Of a stretch of DNA of 32,123 nucleotides, positions 1 through 9,578 are shown piece after piece. This DNA is from a virus. Taxonomy: Duplodnaviria; Caudoviricetes. The stretch covers positions 1-32,123 of IMG/VR virus record IMGVR_UViG_3300011334_000321. One strand, written 5' to 3'. Below the pieces are notes generated by a model. It saw nothing but the letters and a program-made list of their open reading frames with translations. It was not told the DNA's origin and searched no databases. The position numbers and the translations under genes were made by a program. How positions within the stretch are numbered: the first letter of the stretch is position 1; each line of letters begins with the position of its first letter.

Positions 1-357
1 AAAGCCGCTCAACCTCCGCAACCACCTCCTCCAACTCCTGAAATGATTAGAGCGCAAACTGAAGCTCAAAATGCTCAGGCTAAACTGCAAGCAGATCAAC
101 AAACAGCGCAAGCAGATATGCAAATGGAGCATATTAAGTTGCAAGCCGAACAACAAAAGCATCAACTTGAAATGCAACAAGAAATGCAAATTGAGCAGTT
201 AAAAATACAAGCTGCAAGTGCTTTGGAAGCTCAACGGTTACAATTTGAGCAATGGAAAGTTGAAACTGAAATTGAAGCTAATCTAAATCTTGCTAAGATA
301 GGGTTAGTAGACCACCAAATGCAATCGCAAAATTCTAATTTAGACACTTTTATATAG
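1..357 (+). CDS. Portal protein, C-terminal Gln-rich coiled coil (5' truncated)
   Basis: Frame is open from base 1 (KAAQPPQPPPPTPEM...); Pro linker then Q/E/A-rich helix like P22-type portal barrels; lies upstream of scaffold and capsid. Confidence 0.7.
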   Translation, partial: KAAQPPQPPPPTPEMIRAQTEAQNAQAKLQADQQTAQADMQMEHIKLQAEQQKHQLEMQQEMQIEQLKIQAASALEAQRLQFEQWKVETEIEANLNLAKIGLVDHQMQSQNSNLDTFI

Positions 358-366
358 GTAACTGAA

Positions 367-966
367 ATGGCAGGAACAGCACAAATAACAGGCGCATCTA
401 ATGGAAATGCACCTCAATCAGCAGGTAATGATGGTTCAATTTTGTGCGTAAGTACAAACAGCCCAAAACCTACTTTTAGATACACAGCTATAGACATTAC
501 CCCTGTAGCAACGGCTACCGATGTTTTGGTTTTAAAAGGGTCTGCTACCAAAATAGTTAGAGTTACTAGAGCAAGTATATTAGGTTCTGCAACTTCGGCA
601 GCAATCTATGATTTATACCTTACTAAACGTACAACTGCTAATACTGGCGGTACTTCAACTGCTCCAACTGCAACACCCTCAGATACTTTAGATGGGGCTG
701 CAACAGCAACTTTAGCGCTTTATACAGCTAACCCTTCAGCTTTAGGTACAGGTACAACTTTAGAAGGGTCTAAAGTTTATCTTCCTGCTGGCTCGACCCC
801 TGCTGGAGCTGCAACAGTTAGGGAATTTGAATTTGGCACTCGCAATGAAAAAGCACCTGTTTTACGCGGTGTAGCAGAATCAATAGCTTTTAATTTTGCA
901 GGTCAAGCTGTCCCTGCTGGCGCATCATTATACTTAATGATTGAATGGACAGAGGATACCATTTAA
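367..966 (+). CDS. Hypothetical virion-associated protein (Thr/Ala-rich, beta-type)
   Basis: 199-aa ORF in head module; stop overlaps next ATG (TAATG). Confidence 0.6.
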   Translation: MAGTAQITGASNGNAPQSAGNDGSILCVSTNSPKPTFRYTAIDITPVATATDVLVLKGSATKIVRVTRASILGSATSAAIYDLYLTKRTTANTGGTSTAPTATPSDTLDGAATATLALYTANPSALGTGTTLEGSKVYLPAGSTPAGAATVREFEFGTRNEKAPVLRGVAESIAFNFAGQAVPAGASLYLMIEWTEDTI

Positions 967-1292
967 TGCCTTTATACGAAGTTAAATGTCGAGTTTGCGG
1001 AGAGCATCAAGATATTTTCCGCAAATTAGCTGACTGGGATAAGCTACCTGACTGCTGTGGCGAACCCACAAGTCGAGTTCTATCTGCACCAGCGGTATTT
1101 GAGGATATAAAGCCTTATAAATCTATGGTAACTGGTGAAATGATTACTAGCCGAAGCCAACATCGTAAGCATTTGATAACCCATAATGTACGCGAAGTTG
1201 GCAACGATAACCATACGCCTCAAGTTGACCATTTTGCCATCAAACGTAAAAAAGAAGCTTTGCGTAAAGAAATAGCTGAAAAAATTAATTAA
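966..1292 (+). CDS. FmdB-like zinc-ribbon protein
   Basis: MPLYEVKCRVCG...PDCCG...RVLSAP pattern; ATG at 966 coupled to the upstream TAA. Confidence 0.75.
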   Translation: MPLYEVKCRVCGEHQDIFRKLADWDKLPDCCGEPTSRVLSAPAVFEDIKPYKSMVTGEMITSRSQHRKHLITHNVREVGNDNHTPQVDHFAIKRKKEALRKEIAEKIN

Positions 1293-1308
1293 TTAACTAA
1301 GGATATTT

Positions 1309-2274
1309 ATGAGTGACGATACAATGCTTGACGACTCAAGCCAAGTAGAATCTTCTGAAGTAGAAGAATCAACATCAACTGCTTCAACTGAGCCTGAAAC
1401 GACCCAGGATATAATAGGCAGGGAATTAGATAAATTAACCCCTGAAGAAACTGAAAAACCTGAAGAAAAAGCACCTGAAGAACCAAAACCAGTATCACCT
1501 GAACGCTCTCCGTGGAAATCATGGAAAGCTGAAGCAGCAAAAGCGCTGGAAAAGTTGCCTGAGGAAACGCAGAAGTATATAATCGAACGTGAAACTCAAT
1601 TTCATAAAGGAATTGAGCAATATAAGGAAGCAGCCAACTATGCAAAAACCATAGATAGGGCTATATCCCCTTATAAAGATTACATGAGTAATTTGGGCGT
1701 GACACCTGACGTGGCATTTACCAATTTACTTAAAACTGAACATACGCTTAGAATGGGATCATACCAAGAAAAAGCGGAAATGCTGCAAAAATTAGCGCAT
1801 GACTATCAGATTGATTTGAACGCTCTAGCCGGAGTGCCTTACGATCCTAACATGCACAACTTAAAAGCGCAGTTGGAATATACCCAAAGTCAACTGCAAG
1901 CCTCTAACAACTTTAGACAAAGCCAAGAGGATGTACAAATTCAATCAGCTATTGATGAATTTGCACAATCACATGAACATTTTACAGACGTACAAGCTAC
2001 GATGGCCGACCTGCTAGAACGTGGATTTGCAACCGATTTGGATGATGCTTATGCGAAAGCCATACGACTAGATGATAACGTATTTAACAAAACTATTGCT
2101 CAACAACAAGGTGGAGTTAATCGTCAAACTTTAGAACAGGCAAATCAAGCAGCTCAGGCTGCAAAGGCCGCAGCCGTATCTGTAAAAGGCGCTCCTGCTG
2201 GAGTGACTCGATCAGTTACACCTGCATCAACTGAAGATGCCGTTCGTCAAGCCATGCGCTTACACGGTTTATAA
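1309..2274 (+). CDS. Capsid scaffolding protein
   Basis: Acidic disordered N-terminus, helical body, directly upstream of capsid gene; AAGGA RBS. Confidence 0.8.
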   Translation: MSDDTMLDDSSQVESSEVEESTSTASTEPETTQDIIGRELDKLTPEETEKPEEKAPEEPKPVSPERSPWKSWKAEAAKALEKLPEETQKYIIERETQFHKGIEQYKEAANYAKTIDRAISPYKDYMSNLGVTPDVAFTNLLKTEHTLRMGSYQEKAEMLQKLAHDYQIDLNALAGVPYDPNMHNLKAQLEYTQSQLQASNNFRQSQEDVQIQSAIDEFAQSHEHFTDVQATMADLLERGFATDLDDAYAKAIRLDDNVFNKTIAQQQGGVNRQTLEQANQAAQAAKAAAVSVKGAPAGVTRSVTPASTEDAVRQAMRLHGL

Positions 2275-2294
2275 TTTTTTAGAGGAATACTATT

Positions 2295-3293
2295 ATGGCT
2301 TTCGCCAACAGTGCAATCAGCGATATTATCGCTACAACCATTGAATCCCGTACTAAATCGGCTCAAAACAACTTGTCTAACAACAACGCTTTATTGATGA
2401 GGTTGTCAGAGCGTGGGAATATCAAAACTATTTCTGGGGGTTCAACAATTTTACAAGAATTGTTCTATAACGACCCTAACACAAACTATGCAGCTTCATA
2501 CTCCGGTTATGAAACTATTAATATTTCACCTGACAGTCCTATCAGTGCTGCTCAATTTAACTTAAAGCACTATGCCGATGCAGTAACTATTTCAGGCCCT
2601 GAAATGTTACAAAACAGCGGTAAAGAGCAAATGATTGAATTGCTTGCAACTCGTGTTGAAATTGCTGAAGCTCGCTTACGCAACAAAATTGACACTGATT
2701 TACATGGTGATGGTACTGGTAACGCTGGTAAGAACTTAGTTGGTTTAGCGGCTATGATTAGCACTACTCCTTCTACTGGTACTTACGGTGGTATTGATCG
2801 TGCTACTTGGGCTTTCTGGCGCAATGGTGCTTACACTTCTACTGGTTTGGCTGGCACAGGCGCTACTGCTGCTAACATACAAAACAGCATGAACTCTGTA
2901 GCATTATCTGTTGTTCGTGGTACTGACCATGTTGACTTGATCTATGCTGGTTCAACTGCATATTCTGTTTATTTGTCATCTTTACAAGCTATTCAACGTA
3001 TCACTGACGATAAATTAGGTGCAGCTGGTTTCAGTGCATTAAAATTCTATGGCGGTGCTGGCTCTGCTGACGTTGTATTGGGTGGTGGTATCGGTGGAAA
3101 CCAAACTGCAACTCGTATGGACTTCATAAACACTAAATATGTTTATTTCCGTCCACACAAAGACCGCAACTTTGTTCCTATCGGTGGTGATCGCCAAGCG
3201 GTAAACCAAGATGCAATCGTTCGTTTAATTGGCTTCTCTGGCGCATTAACTTGCTCAGGCGCTCAATTCAACGCTACTTTCTCAACTCTGTAA
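2295..3293 (+). CDS. Major capsid protein
   Basis: 332 aa, GAGGA RBS, follows scaffold; sequence style of HK97-fold podophage capsids (YSGYE, TYGGIDR motifs). Confidence 0.9.
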   Translation: MAFANSAISDIIATTIESRTKSAQNNLSNNNALLMRLSERGNIKTISGGSTILQELFYNDPNTNYAASYSGYETINISPDSPISAAQFNLKHYADAVTISGPEMLQNSGKEQMIELLATRVEIAEARLRNKIDTDLHGDGTGNAGKNLVGLAAMISTTPSTGTYGGIDRATWAFWRNGAYTSTGLAGTGATAANIQNSMNSVALSVVRGTDHVDLIYAGSTAYSVYLSSLQAIQRITDDKLGAAGFSALKFYGGAGSADVVLGGGIGGNQTATRMDFINTKYVYFRPHKDRNFVPIGGDRQAVNQDAIVRLIGFSGALTCSGAQFNATFSTL

Positions 3294-3311
3294 TCAGAAG
3301 GTTTAACTCAA

Positions 3312-3806
3312 ATGGCTTATAAAATTACTGATCCTTTGATAGGCGCACAACCTATCGCAGTAACTGACACTGTTCAAAATCATCTACTTGGAACTATTGT
3401 CCGAGCTGAAGACTCATCTTACGGTGCTGGTGAATTTATTTATCTAAAAGGCATTGCGTCTACTGTTGTAGGCTCATTGGTTGATTATGATAGCTACCTA
3501 GCGACTACTGCTTTAGCACCTGCTACTGGCGGTGTAGGCCCTGTTGCTGTTGCTATGTCAGCTAACGTTGCCAGCCAATATGGTTGGTATCAAATAGCTG
3601 GTGTTGCAGCTGTAAAAGCACCAAATGCTATGACTGTTGGCGCTGATGTGTTTGCATTAGCTGCAACTCCTGGCTCTGTAGATGACGCTGCTGTTAATGG
3701 AGAACAAATCCTTAACGCTAAAGTATCTACTACAACTGGTACTCCTTCAACTGGTTTGGCGTTGATTGAAATCAACCGTCCTTTCCATCAAGGTCAAGTA
3801 GTATAA
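3312..3806 (+). CDS. Capsid decoration/cement protein
   Basis: 164-aa Ala/Val/Gly-rich beta protein right after capsid gene and before a terminator; YGWYQIAG motif. Confidence 0.65.
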   Translation: MAYKITDPLIGAQPIAVTDTVQNHLLGTIVRAEDSSYGAGEFIYLKGIASTVVGSLVDYDSYLATTALAPATGGVGPVAVAMSANVASQYGWYQIAGVAAVKAPNAMTVGADVFALAATPGSVDDAAVNGEQILNAKVSTTTGTPSTGLALIEINRPFHQGQVV

Positions 3807-3821
3807 TCTGATGTAATGTAT

Positions 3822-3850
3822 GGAGGGCTAAAACTAGCCCTCCTATTTTA
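3822..3850 (+). terminator. Intrinsic terminator after capsid/decoration genes
   Basis: GGAGGGCTA-AAAC-TAGCCCTCC perfect 9-bp stem followed by TATTTT. Confidence 0.75.
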
Positions 3851-3874
3851 ACTCCTAAACGGGATGCTTTAAAA

Positions 3875-4423
3875 ATGGCTGATGATATTAGTTATGTAGG
3901 TGATGTAGGTGGCGATGCGTATTTAGATGTATCGTTTTACGAAGGGATTTACGAAGGTAAAGAGGAAGATTTTGTTAAAATTGGAGTTCCAGGTGATAAA
4001 TCATTAACTATTGATACTTTAGTTGAAGATTCACATAGACGAAGATTTGCAAGGCAATGGGAAGCCTATAAAGGACTTAAAGACATAAAAGGAACACCAA
4101 TGGTTGAATGGATAGAAATATCCGAATCATTGCGACATGAATTAGCCTATCAAGGCTTCAGATTTGTAGAACAAGTTGCAAGCGCGCCTGATTCAGCTTT
4201 TGCTAGAATGATGGGCGGTATGCAATTAAGAACAAAAGCTCAGGCTTTTTTAAACAGAGGTAAAATTGATGCTGATGTTATAATTCAGCAACAAAACGAT
4301 CAAATAGCAGAACTTCAAGAACAGATGAAGCTTTTGATGACTTCAATGAATATCGAAAAGCCTAAACGCACTCGAAAAAGTACTGAAGCTACTGAAATTG
4401 ATCCAGAAGTACCAATAACATAG
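3875..4423 (+). CDS. Hypothetical phage protein (possible helix-hairpin-helix segment plus coiled coil)
   Basis: 182-aa ORF between capsid and adaptor genes. Confidence 0.6.
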   Translation: MADDISYVGDVGGDAYLDVSFYEGIYEGKEEDFVKIGVPGDKSLTIDTLVEDSHRRRFARQWEAYKGLKDIKGTPMVEWIEISESLRHELAYQGFRFVEQVASAPDSAFARMMGGMQLRTKAQAFLNRGKIDADVIIQQQNDQIAELQEQMKLLMTSMNIEKPKRTRKSTEATEIDPEVPIT

Positions 4424-4432
4424 GAACATAAT

Positions 4433-5341
4433 ATGGCAACCCTTTTATCGAACGTCCAAGATGTCTGTTTAGAACTAGGGTTGGTTGTCCCTAATGCGGT
4501 GGCTTCCTCCGCAGACCCTCAAGTGCTTCAAATAATGGCACTGATGAACCGAACTGGCGATACCCTATCAACTGATAGGGATTGGCAGACTTTGGCTTCA
4601 GAATATCGATTTGAAACGGTATATTACCAATATACAGGTGATGTAACGGCAGGATCAACAACAATTACTAATTTAAGTTCAGTAATAGGGTTATCTACTG
4701 AATTTATGGCTACTGGCACAGGTATTCAACAAGACAGTTTTTTAACTGCTGTGGGTACTACTACTGCTGAAATGTCTATCCCATCTACTGAATCTGCTAC
4801 CGGAATCACTATCACTTTTGGCCAAGCCAAATATGATATGCCCAGCGATTACGCTCGTATGGTAGATAAGACTCAGTACAATAAGTCTAACCGATGGTCA
4901 ATTATAGGCCCTAAAGATGCTCAAGAATGGCAATGGCTTAAAGCTAGTTATGTAACAACTGGCCCTCGTATGCGTTTCCGCATGATGGGTGATAAGTTTA
5001 CATTATGGCCTATGCCAACTGCTACATTGGTATTAGGGTTTGAATATGTATCTAATGCATGGGTTTATGCAGCAGACGGTACGCTCAAAACTAAATATTC
5101 TGCTGATACTGATACCAGCCGATTTCCAGATAGAGTTTTAATTTTAGGAACTAAACTCAAACTATTTGAAATTAAAGGTTTTGATACAACGGCTGTTCTT
5201 CAAGATTACACCCGTGAATTAGATAAATGGAAAGCTTCTGAATCTGGTGCTGATACTTTATCACTCGCCCCACGCTATCCAAACTTGCTCCTAACACAGA
5301 ACAACCTACCTGATACTGGTTATGGCAACACTACAAGTTAA
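4433..5341 (+). CDS. Head-to-tail adaptor protein
   Basis: N-terminal helices (TLLSNVQDVCLELG), YDMPSDY motif, C-terminal helix; synteny before gp10-like tail gene; internal Thr/Ser-rich beta insertion. Confidence 0.7.
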   Translation: MATLLSNVQDVCLELGLVVPNAVASSADPQVLQIMALMNRTGDTLSTDRDWQTLASEYRFETVYYQYTGDVTAGSTTITNLSSVIGLSTEFMATGTGIQQDSFLTAVGTTTAEMSIPSTESATGITITFGQAKYDMPSDYARMVDKTQYNKSNRWSIIGPKDAQEWQWLKASYVTTGPRMRFRMMGDKFTLWPMPTATLVLGFEYVSNAWVYAADGTLKTKYSADTDTSRFPDRVLILGTKLKLFEIKGFDTTAVLQDYTRELDKWKASESGADTLSLAPRYPNLLLTQNNLPDTGYGNTTS

Positions 5342-5343
5342 GG

Positions 5344-5372
5344 TTGCACAATATAAATTTTTAAGTTATAGT
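5344..5372 (+). promoter_or_regulatory. Sigma70-like promoter for HNH gene
   Basis: TTGCAC-17 bp-TATAGT. Confidence 0.55.
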
Positions 5373-5403
5373 CTTACTTCAATAATTTTTTTGGAGCAAG
5401 ACA

Positions 5404-5880
5404 ATGGCAAGACCTTTTAGACACGAAACATTTTGGGATAGAGTAGAAAAACATATATCTATAGATGAAAATGGGTGCCATCTATTTACCGGCTGCTTAA
5501 ATCATGATGGGTATGGCCGAATAGGTAAAGATGGAAAAAATGTTTATATTCATAGAGAAGTATTTAAAAAACATAATCCTGAAATAGAAATGACAGGGGT
5601 TATAATGCACACGTGCGATAAACCAAACTGTGTTAATCCAGAGCATTTAAAGCATGGTACAGTAGCTGATAATGTAGCGGATATGGTTGCAAAAGGACGT
5701 AGAGTAACTGTGAAAGGCTCAAATCAACCTGATGCAAAATTGCATGAAAATGATATACCTGCTATTAGATTGAGGCTTCAAACGAATGAATCTTGTACGA
5801 CTATCGGTAGAGATTATAACGTAAGTGCTTCAGCTATACGAAATATTGAAAAAAGTAGGACTTGGACTCATGTTAAATAA
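5404..5880 (+). CDS. Free-standing HNH homing endonuclease (HNH_3 type, C-terminal HTH)
   Basis: CHLFTG...DGYG...HR...MHTCDKPNCVNPEHLKHGTVADNVADM; GGAG RBS. Confidence 0.92.
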   Translation: MARPFRHETFWDRVEKHISIDENGCHLFTGCLNHDGYGRIGKDGKNVYIHREVFKKHNPEIEMTGVIMHTCDKPNCVNPEHLKHGTVADNVADMVAKGRRVTVKGSNQPDAKLHENDIPAIRLRLQTNESCTTIGRDYNVSASAIRNIEKSRTWTHVK

Positions 5881-5890
5881 GGTTATATAA

Positions 5891-7441
5891 ATGTTACAAC
5901 CAAGAAGGCAAAATGCAAGAACAGTTACTGTAACCGCTCCTACTGGTGGATGGAACGCTCGTGATCCTTTAGCAGAAATGAAGCCTACTGATGCTGTTAT
6001 TTTGGATAACTGGTTTTGCACGCCTACTGAATTAAGAACTCGTAAAGGGTATTCAAACTGGGCTACAGGCCTTGATGGAAATGTAACTTCATTAATTGAT
6101 TATGATGCTCCCGATGGTACAGAAAAGCTTTTTGCAGCTACAAATACAGGCAAAATTTATGATGTAACTTCACAAGGCGCTGTAGGTTCACCTATTATCA
6201 CGGGTCTTTCGGGAGCTAGATGGCAACATGCTCAATTTGCTACTTCTGGAGGTTCATTTCTTCTAGCCGTTAATGGCACTGATTATATGCGTATCTATGA
6301 TGGTACGACATATTACACGGTTACAGGTGTATCTACACCTTATGCCATTACAGGTATTGCCACCACCAGTTTAATTGATGTTCATACGCATAAACGACGT
6401 AATTGGTTTATTCAAAAGGAATCGTTAAAATGTTGGTATTTAGATACTGATGCTATTTCTGGCGCAGCATCAATGTTTGATTTCGGGCCTATCTTTGAAT
6501 TAGGTGGTTCGATTACTAAGATTGATACTTGGTCGTTGGATGCTGGCTATGGAATGGATGATTATTTTGTTGTCATTACATCTTCAGGTCAAATAGCTGT
6601 TTACAAAGGTACTGATCCTTCTAATGCTGCTGAATGGGCTTTAGTTGGAGTTTATTTAGTTGGTTCTCCTGTAGGTATGCGCTGCACATGTAAATACGGT
6701 GGCGATGTTATGTTTTTGAACAAAGATGGATTAATTCCATTGTCTAAATCATTAATGTCTAGCCGTGTTAATACACACTTAATGATTACTGATAAGATTC
6801 AGAATCAAATTGCTTCAGATACTACTTTATACAAAGATAATGCAAATTGGGATTTGCTTCTTTACCCTCCACAAAATATGCTTTTGGTAAATATCCCTAT
6901 AAGCGCAACTGAATCATATCAGTATGTTATGAATACTATCTCAGGTGCATGGTCAAGATGGACTAACATCCCTGCATATTGTTGGTACTTTGCTAATGAG
7001 AATTTATATTTTGGAACTGCTGGAACAGTTTGTAAAGCGTGGGATACTCAAGCTGATAATGGCGCTCCAGTAATTACTGATTTGTTACCTGCATTTAGCA
7101 CTTTTGGTTTTGGTAATCGAATCAAACGCTGGACTATGGCGTCTGTTTCTATGGGGTCTAATGGAAATTTTGCATATACTTCCTTATTAAATCTTGATTT
7201 TGATTTTGTATCCGCTAGTGACGCTCCAAATGCAAGTCTTGATGTGGCAACGGCTAATTGGGATGTTGATCTTTGGGACGTAGGTATTTGGGGGTCTGAT
7301 GTTATTGCCCCTTATACGCGGTGGAATTTAGCCAGTGGATTAGGCTATTACGGATCATATCGAATTAAAACATCGAGTGCTATTACCGATATACGCTATT
7401 ATTCGACCACTTATGTATTTGAACCCGGAAGCGTATTGTAA
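5891..7441 (+). CDS. Tail nozzle / packaged-DNA stabilisation protein (P22 gp10-like)
   Basis: 516 aa, beta-propeller-like W/G/D-rich sequence, APTGGWNARD N-terminal motif, position after adaptor. Confidence 0.75.
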   Translation: MLQPRRQNARTVTVTAPTGGWNARDPLAEMKPTDAVILDNWFCTPTELRTRKGYSNWATGLDGNVTSLIDYDAPDGTEKLFAATNTGKIYDVTSQGAVGSPIITGLSGARWQHAQFATSGGSFLLAVNGTDYMRIYDGTTYYTVTGVSTPYAITGIATTSLIDVHTHKRRNWFIQKESLKCWYLDTDAISGAASMFDFGPIFELGGSITKIDTWSLDAGYGMDDYFVVITSSGQIAVYKGTDPSNAAEWALVGVYLVGSPVGMRCTCKYGGDVMFLNKDGLIPLSKSLMSSRVNTHLMITDKIQNQIASDTTLYKDNANWDLLLYPPQNMLLVNIPISATESYQYVMNTISGAWSRWTNIPAYCWYFANENLYFGTAGTVCKAWDTQADNGAPVITDLLPAFSTFGFGNRIKRWTMASVSMGSNGNFAYTSLLNLDFDFVSASDAPNASLDVATANWDVDLWDVGIWGSDVIAPYTRWNLASGLGYYGSYRIKTSSAITDIRYYSTTYVFEPGSVL

Positions 7442-7827
7442 TGGATGCAGTTAGATTAGCCCAATTATTAAGACAGATGCCTGAATATAATAATGAAGGC
7501 TACGATATGCAATCTTATTTAGCTAAATACGGTCAGCCTCAAGCACCTGCGCCTTATGCGTCTGCACAAGGTTCAGGAATGCACTTAACTGATGAATTTA
7601 AAATGCCTAACCATAAAACATTTAGTAGCGGATCGTCTTATTCAGCTCCTGATATTCAAGGAGGGCAATGGCAATCTGGCGGTAAAGATAGATGGAATTT
7701 TCAACCTTCTGAATTGAATTTACAAAATAGATCAGTTAAAGATTTAAGTGATTATTTTGCTAATGAAGAACGTAAAAATACTTTTATAACTTTGCCAAAC
7801 GGGCGATTAGTTGAAGGCAGTAGATGA
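7441..7827 (+). CDS. Hypothetical protein
   Basis: 128-aa ORF translationally coupled on both sides (TAATG, ATGA). Confidence 0.7.
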   Translation: MDAVRLAQLLRQMPEYNNEGYDMQSYLAKYGQPQAPAPYASAQGSGMHLTDEFKMPNHKTFSSGSSYSAPDIQGGQWQSGGKDRWNFQPSELNLQNRSVKDLSDYFANEERKNTFITLPNGRLVEGSR

Positions 7828-8228
7828 TCCGTGTCTTTACGGATGACCAAGAACGTATAGGAAAATGGTTTAGCGAAGCTAATGGTAACGAGTATAGCTT
7901 TACAAATATGGTGTATATCGCTACAGAATCAAATGGCGTAATAACCTGCGCTACTGGGTATAATTGCTATAACGGCAAAAGTATGCAGATGCACGTTGCT
8001 TTAAAAGGGAGGTTTACTAAAGAAGCAATGTGGTACGCTTTTCATTATCCTTTTGTTGAGCTGGACTTACATAAGTTGATAGCTCCTATACCCAGTACAA
8101 ACGTAAAATCGTTGCGAGTGGCTAAACATTTTGGATTTATTCCTGAAGCGATTATTAAAGATGCAGCGCCCGATGGGGATTTGCATCTATTAACAATGAC
8201 TAAAGAACAGTGTCGATATTTGAAATAA
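7824..8228 (+). CDS. GNAT-like virion-assembly protein
   Basis: AFHYPF...NVKSLRVAKHFGFIPEA matches the GNAT N..S....GF..E motif; position equivalent to P22 gp14 / T7 gp13. Confidence 0.75.
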   Translation: MIRVFTDDQERIGKWFSEANGNEYSFTNMVYIATESNGVITCATGYNCYNGKSMQMHVALKGRFTKEAMWYAFHYPFVELDLHKLIAPIPSTNVKSLRVAKHFGFIPEAIIKDAAPDGDLHLLTMTKEQCRYLK

Positions 8229-8231
8229 ATA

Positions 8232-8258
8232 TTGCAAACACGATTTATTTGATATACT
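8232..8258 (+). promoter_or_regulatory. Candidate extended -10 promoter upstream of ejection-protein genes
   Basis: TTGCAA then TGaTATACT (spacer short, 15 bp). Confidence 0.35.
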
Positions 8259-8312
8259 AGCGTGAAATCTGGCGACCCAGTTTTTATGCCGAACCCCATA
8301 GGACATTAAAAC

Positions 8313-9272
8313 ATGAGTGAACAGCCTAAACCCCCATCCGCACCTGATTATACAGGCGCAGCTGCAGCTACCGCTAAAGGTAATATGGCTGCCGCTAAAG
8401 AAACTGCCGCAGCTAATCAAAGACTTCAGTTAATGGGGCAATATGGGTCGATGACTAACCAAATCACGCCCTACGGTAAAATATCCTATACACCTACCTA
8501 TTTAGATAAACTAGGCAATCCCACTAAGCCCACTGATATAACTGACCCTAGTATATTCCGTCAATGGACTCAAACCATGACGTTAAGCCCTAAACAACAG
8601 GTGCTTTATAATCAAAATCAAAGAATTAATCAGAACTTAGGGAATATAGCTGAAACAGGGGTTGGTTTAGTTCAAAAATCATTAGATAGCCCTTTAGATT
8701 TTTCTCAAAATCAACAGCTTTATACTCCCGGTCAGATTCAACAACAAGCCAGCGATGCAGCATATCAAAATGCAGCTCAGTATCTTGATCCTCAATTTAA
8801 GCAATCTAATGCTCAATTAGCTAATAGATTAGCTAATCAAGGCATTACTCAAGGTTCAGAAGCTTACAATAATGCTATGCTGAACGCTGGTAATCAGCAA
8901 CAACAAGCTTATGAAAGCGCAAGAAACCAAGCGTATATACAAGGATTATCTGGCGGTCAACAACAATATCAACAAGCGATGGGAACTCGTCAGCAACAAA
9001 TTGCTGAACAACAAGCTTTGCAACAAAACCCTTTGAACATGCTTAATGCTGTTCGTACAGGTCAACAACTGCAAGTAGCGCAAATGCCTCAAGTAGGGGT
9101 ATCAAACCCTGCAGCTTTAGGAAGCGCTACTCAACAAGGTACGGCAGGGCCTGATATGTTAGGAGCTGTAACTGCACAAGGTCAATATAATCAAGGATTG
9201 TACAACGCTCAATCAGCAGCGGCAGGGCAAACTAATGCTGCGCTTATTGGTGCAGCAGGAGCTTTGTTTTGA
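8313..9272 (+). CDS. Putative DNA ejection/pilot (internal virion) protein
   Basis: PPSAPDYTGAA start, NQITPYG motif, Gln/Ala/Asn-rich helices, hydrophobic Gly/Ala C-terminus; follows the GNAT gene. Confidence 0.7.
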   Translation: MSEQPKPPSAPDYTGAAAATAKGNMAAAKETAAANQRLQLMGQYGSMTNQITPYGKISYTPTYLDKLGNPTKPTDITDPSIFRQWTQTMTLSPKQQVLYNQNQRINQNLGNIAETGVGLVQKSLDSPLDFSQNQQLYTPGQIQQQASDAAYQNAAQYLDPQFKQSNAQLANRLANQGITQGSEAYNNAMLNAGNQQQQAYESARNQAYIQGLSGGQQQYQQAMGTRQQQIAEQQALQQNPLNMLNAVRTGQQLQVAQMPQVGVSNPAALGSATQQGTAGPDMLGAVTAQGQYNQGLYNAQSAAAGQTNAALIGAAGALF

Positions 9273-9577
9273 TGCAACGGCTTGAAGGTCATTTTTTATC
9301 ATGTTTTTCCGAGCCTAGTGTTGGTGCTTGGAAATCTGATGAATATAAAGTTTTAGCTTTTTTAGATCAAAACACTATTCGTTTGGATATTGAAAAACTA
9401 GATAAGACTGACGGGTTATCATGGGATGATATGCGGCAGATAAAAAACGCTTGTGGATTTCAACACTTTGATGCTGTTGAATTTTACCCTAGAGAACAAG
9501 ATGTGATTAATAATGCAAATATTAGGCACATCTATTTATATAGCACACTTTTACCTATTATAAGAAGGGTAGCTTAA
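9269..9577 (+). CDS. Hypothetical phage protein
   Basis: LSWDDMRQIK...AVEFYP...VINNANIRHI motif recognisable from small phage proteins; overlaps flanking gene. Confidence 0.65.
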   Translation: MMQRLEGHFLSCFSEPSVGAWKSDEYKVLAFLDQNTIRLDIEKLDKTDGLSWDDMRQIKNACGFQHFDAVEFYPREQDVINNANIRHIYLYSTLLPIIRRVA

Positions 9578-9578
9578 T

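Noticed and set aside
3270-3312. Programmed frameshift fusing capsid to the decoration protein
   Set aside because: No slippery heptamer near the capsid stop; downstream gene has its own start
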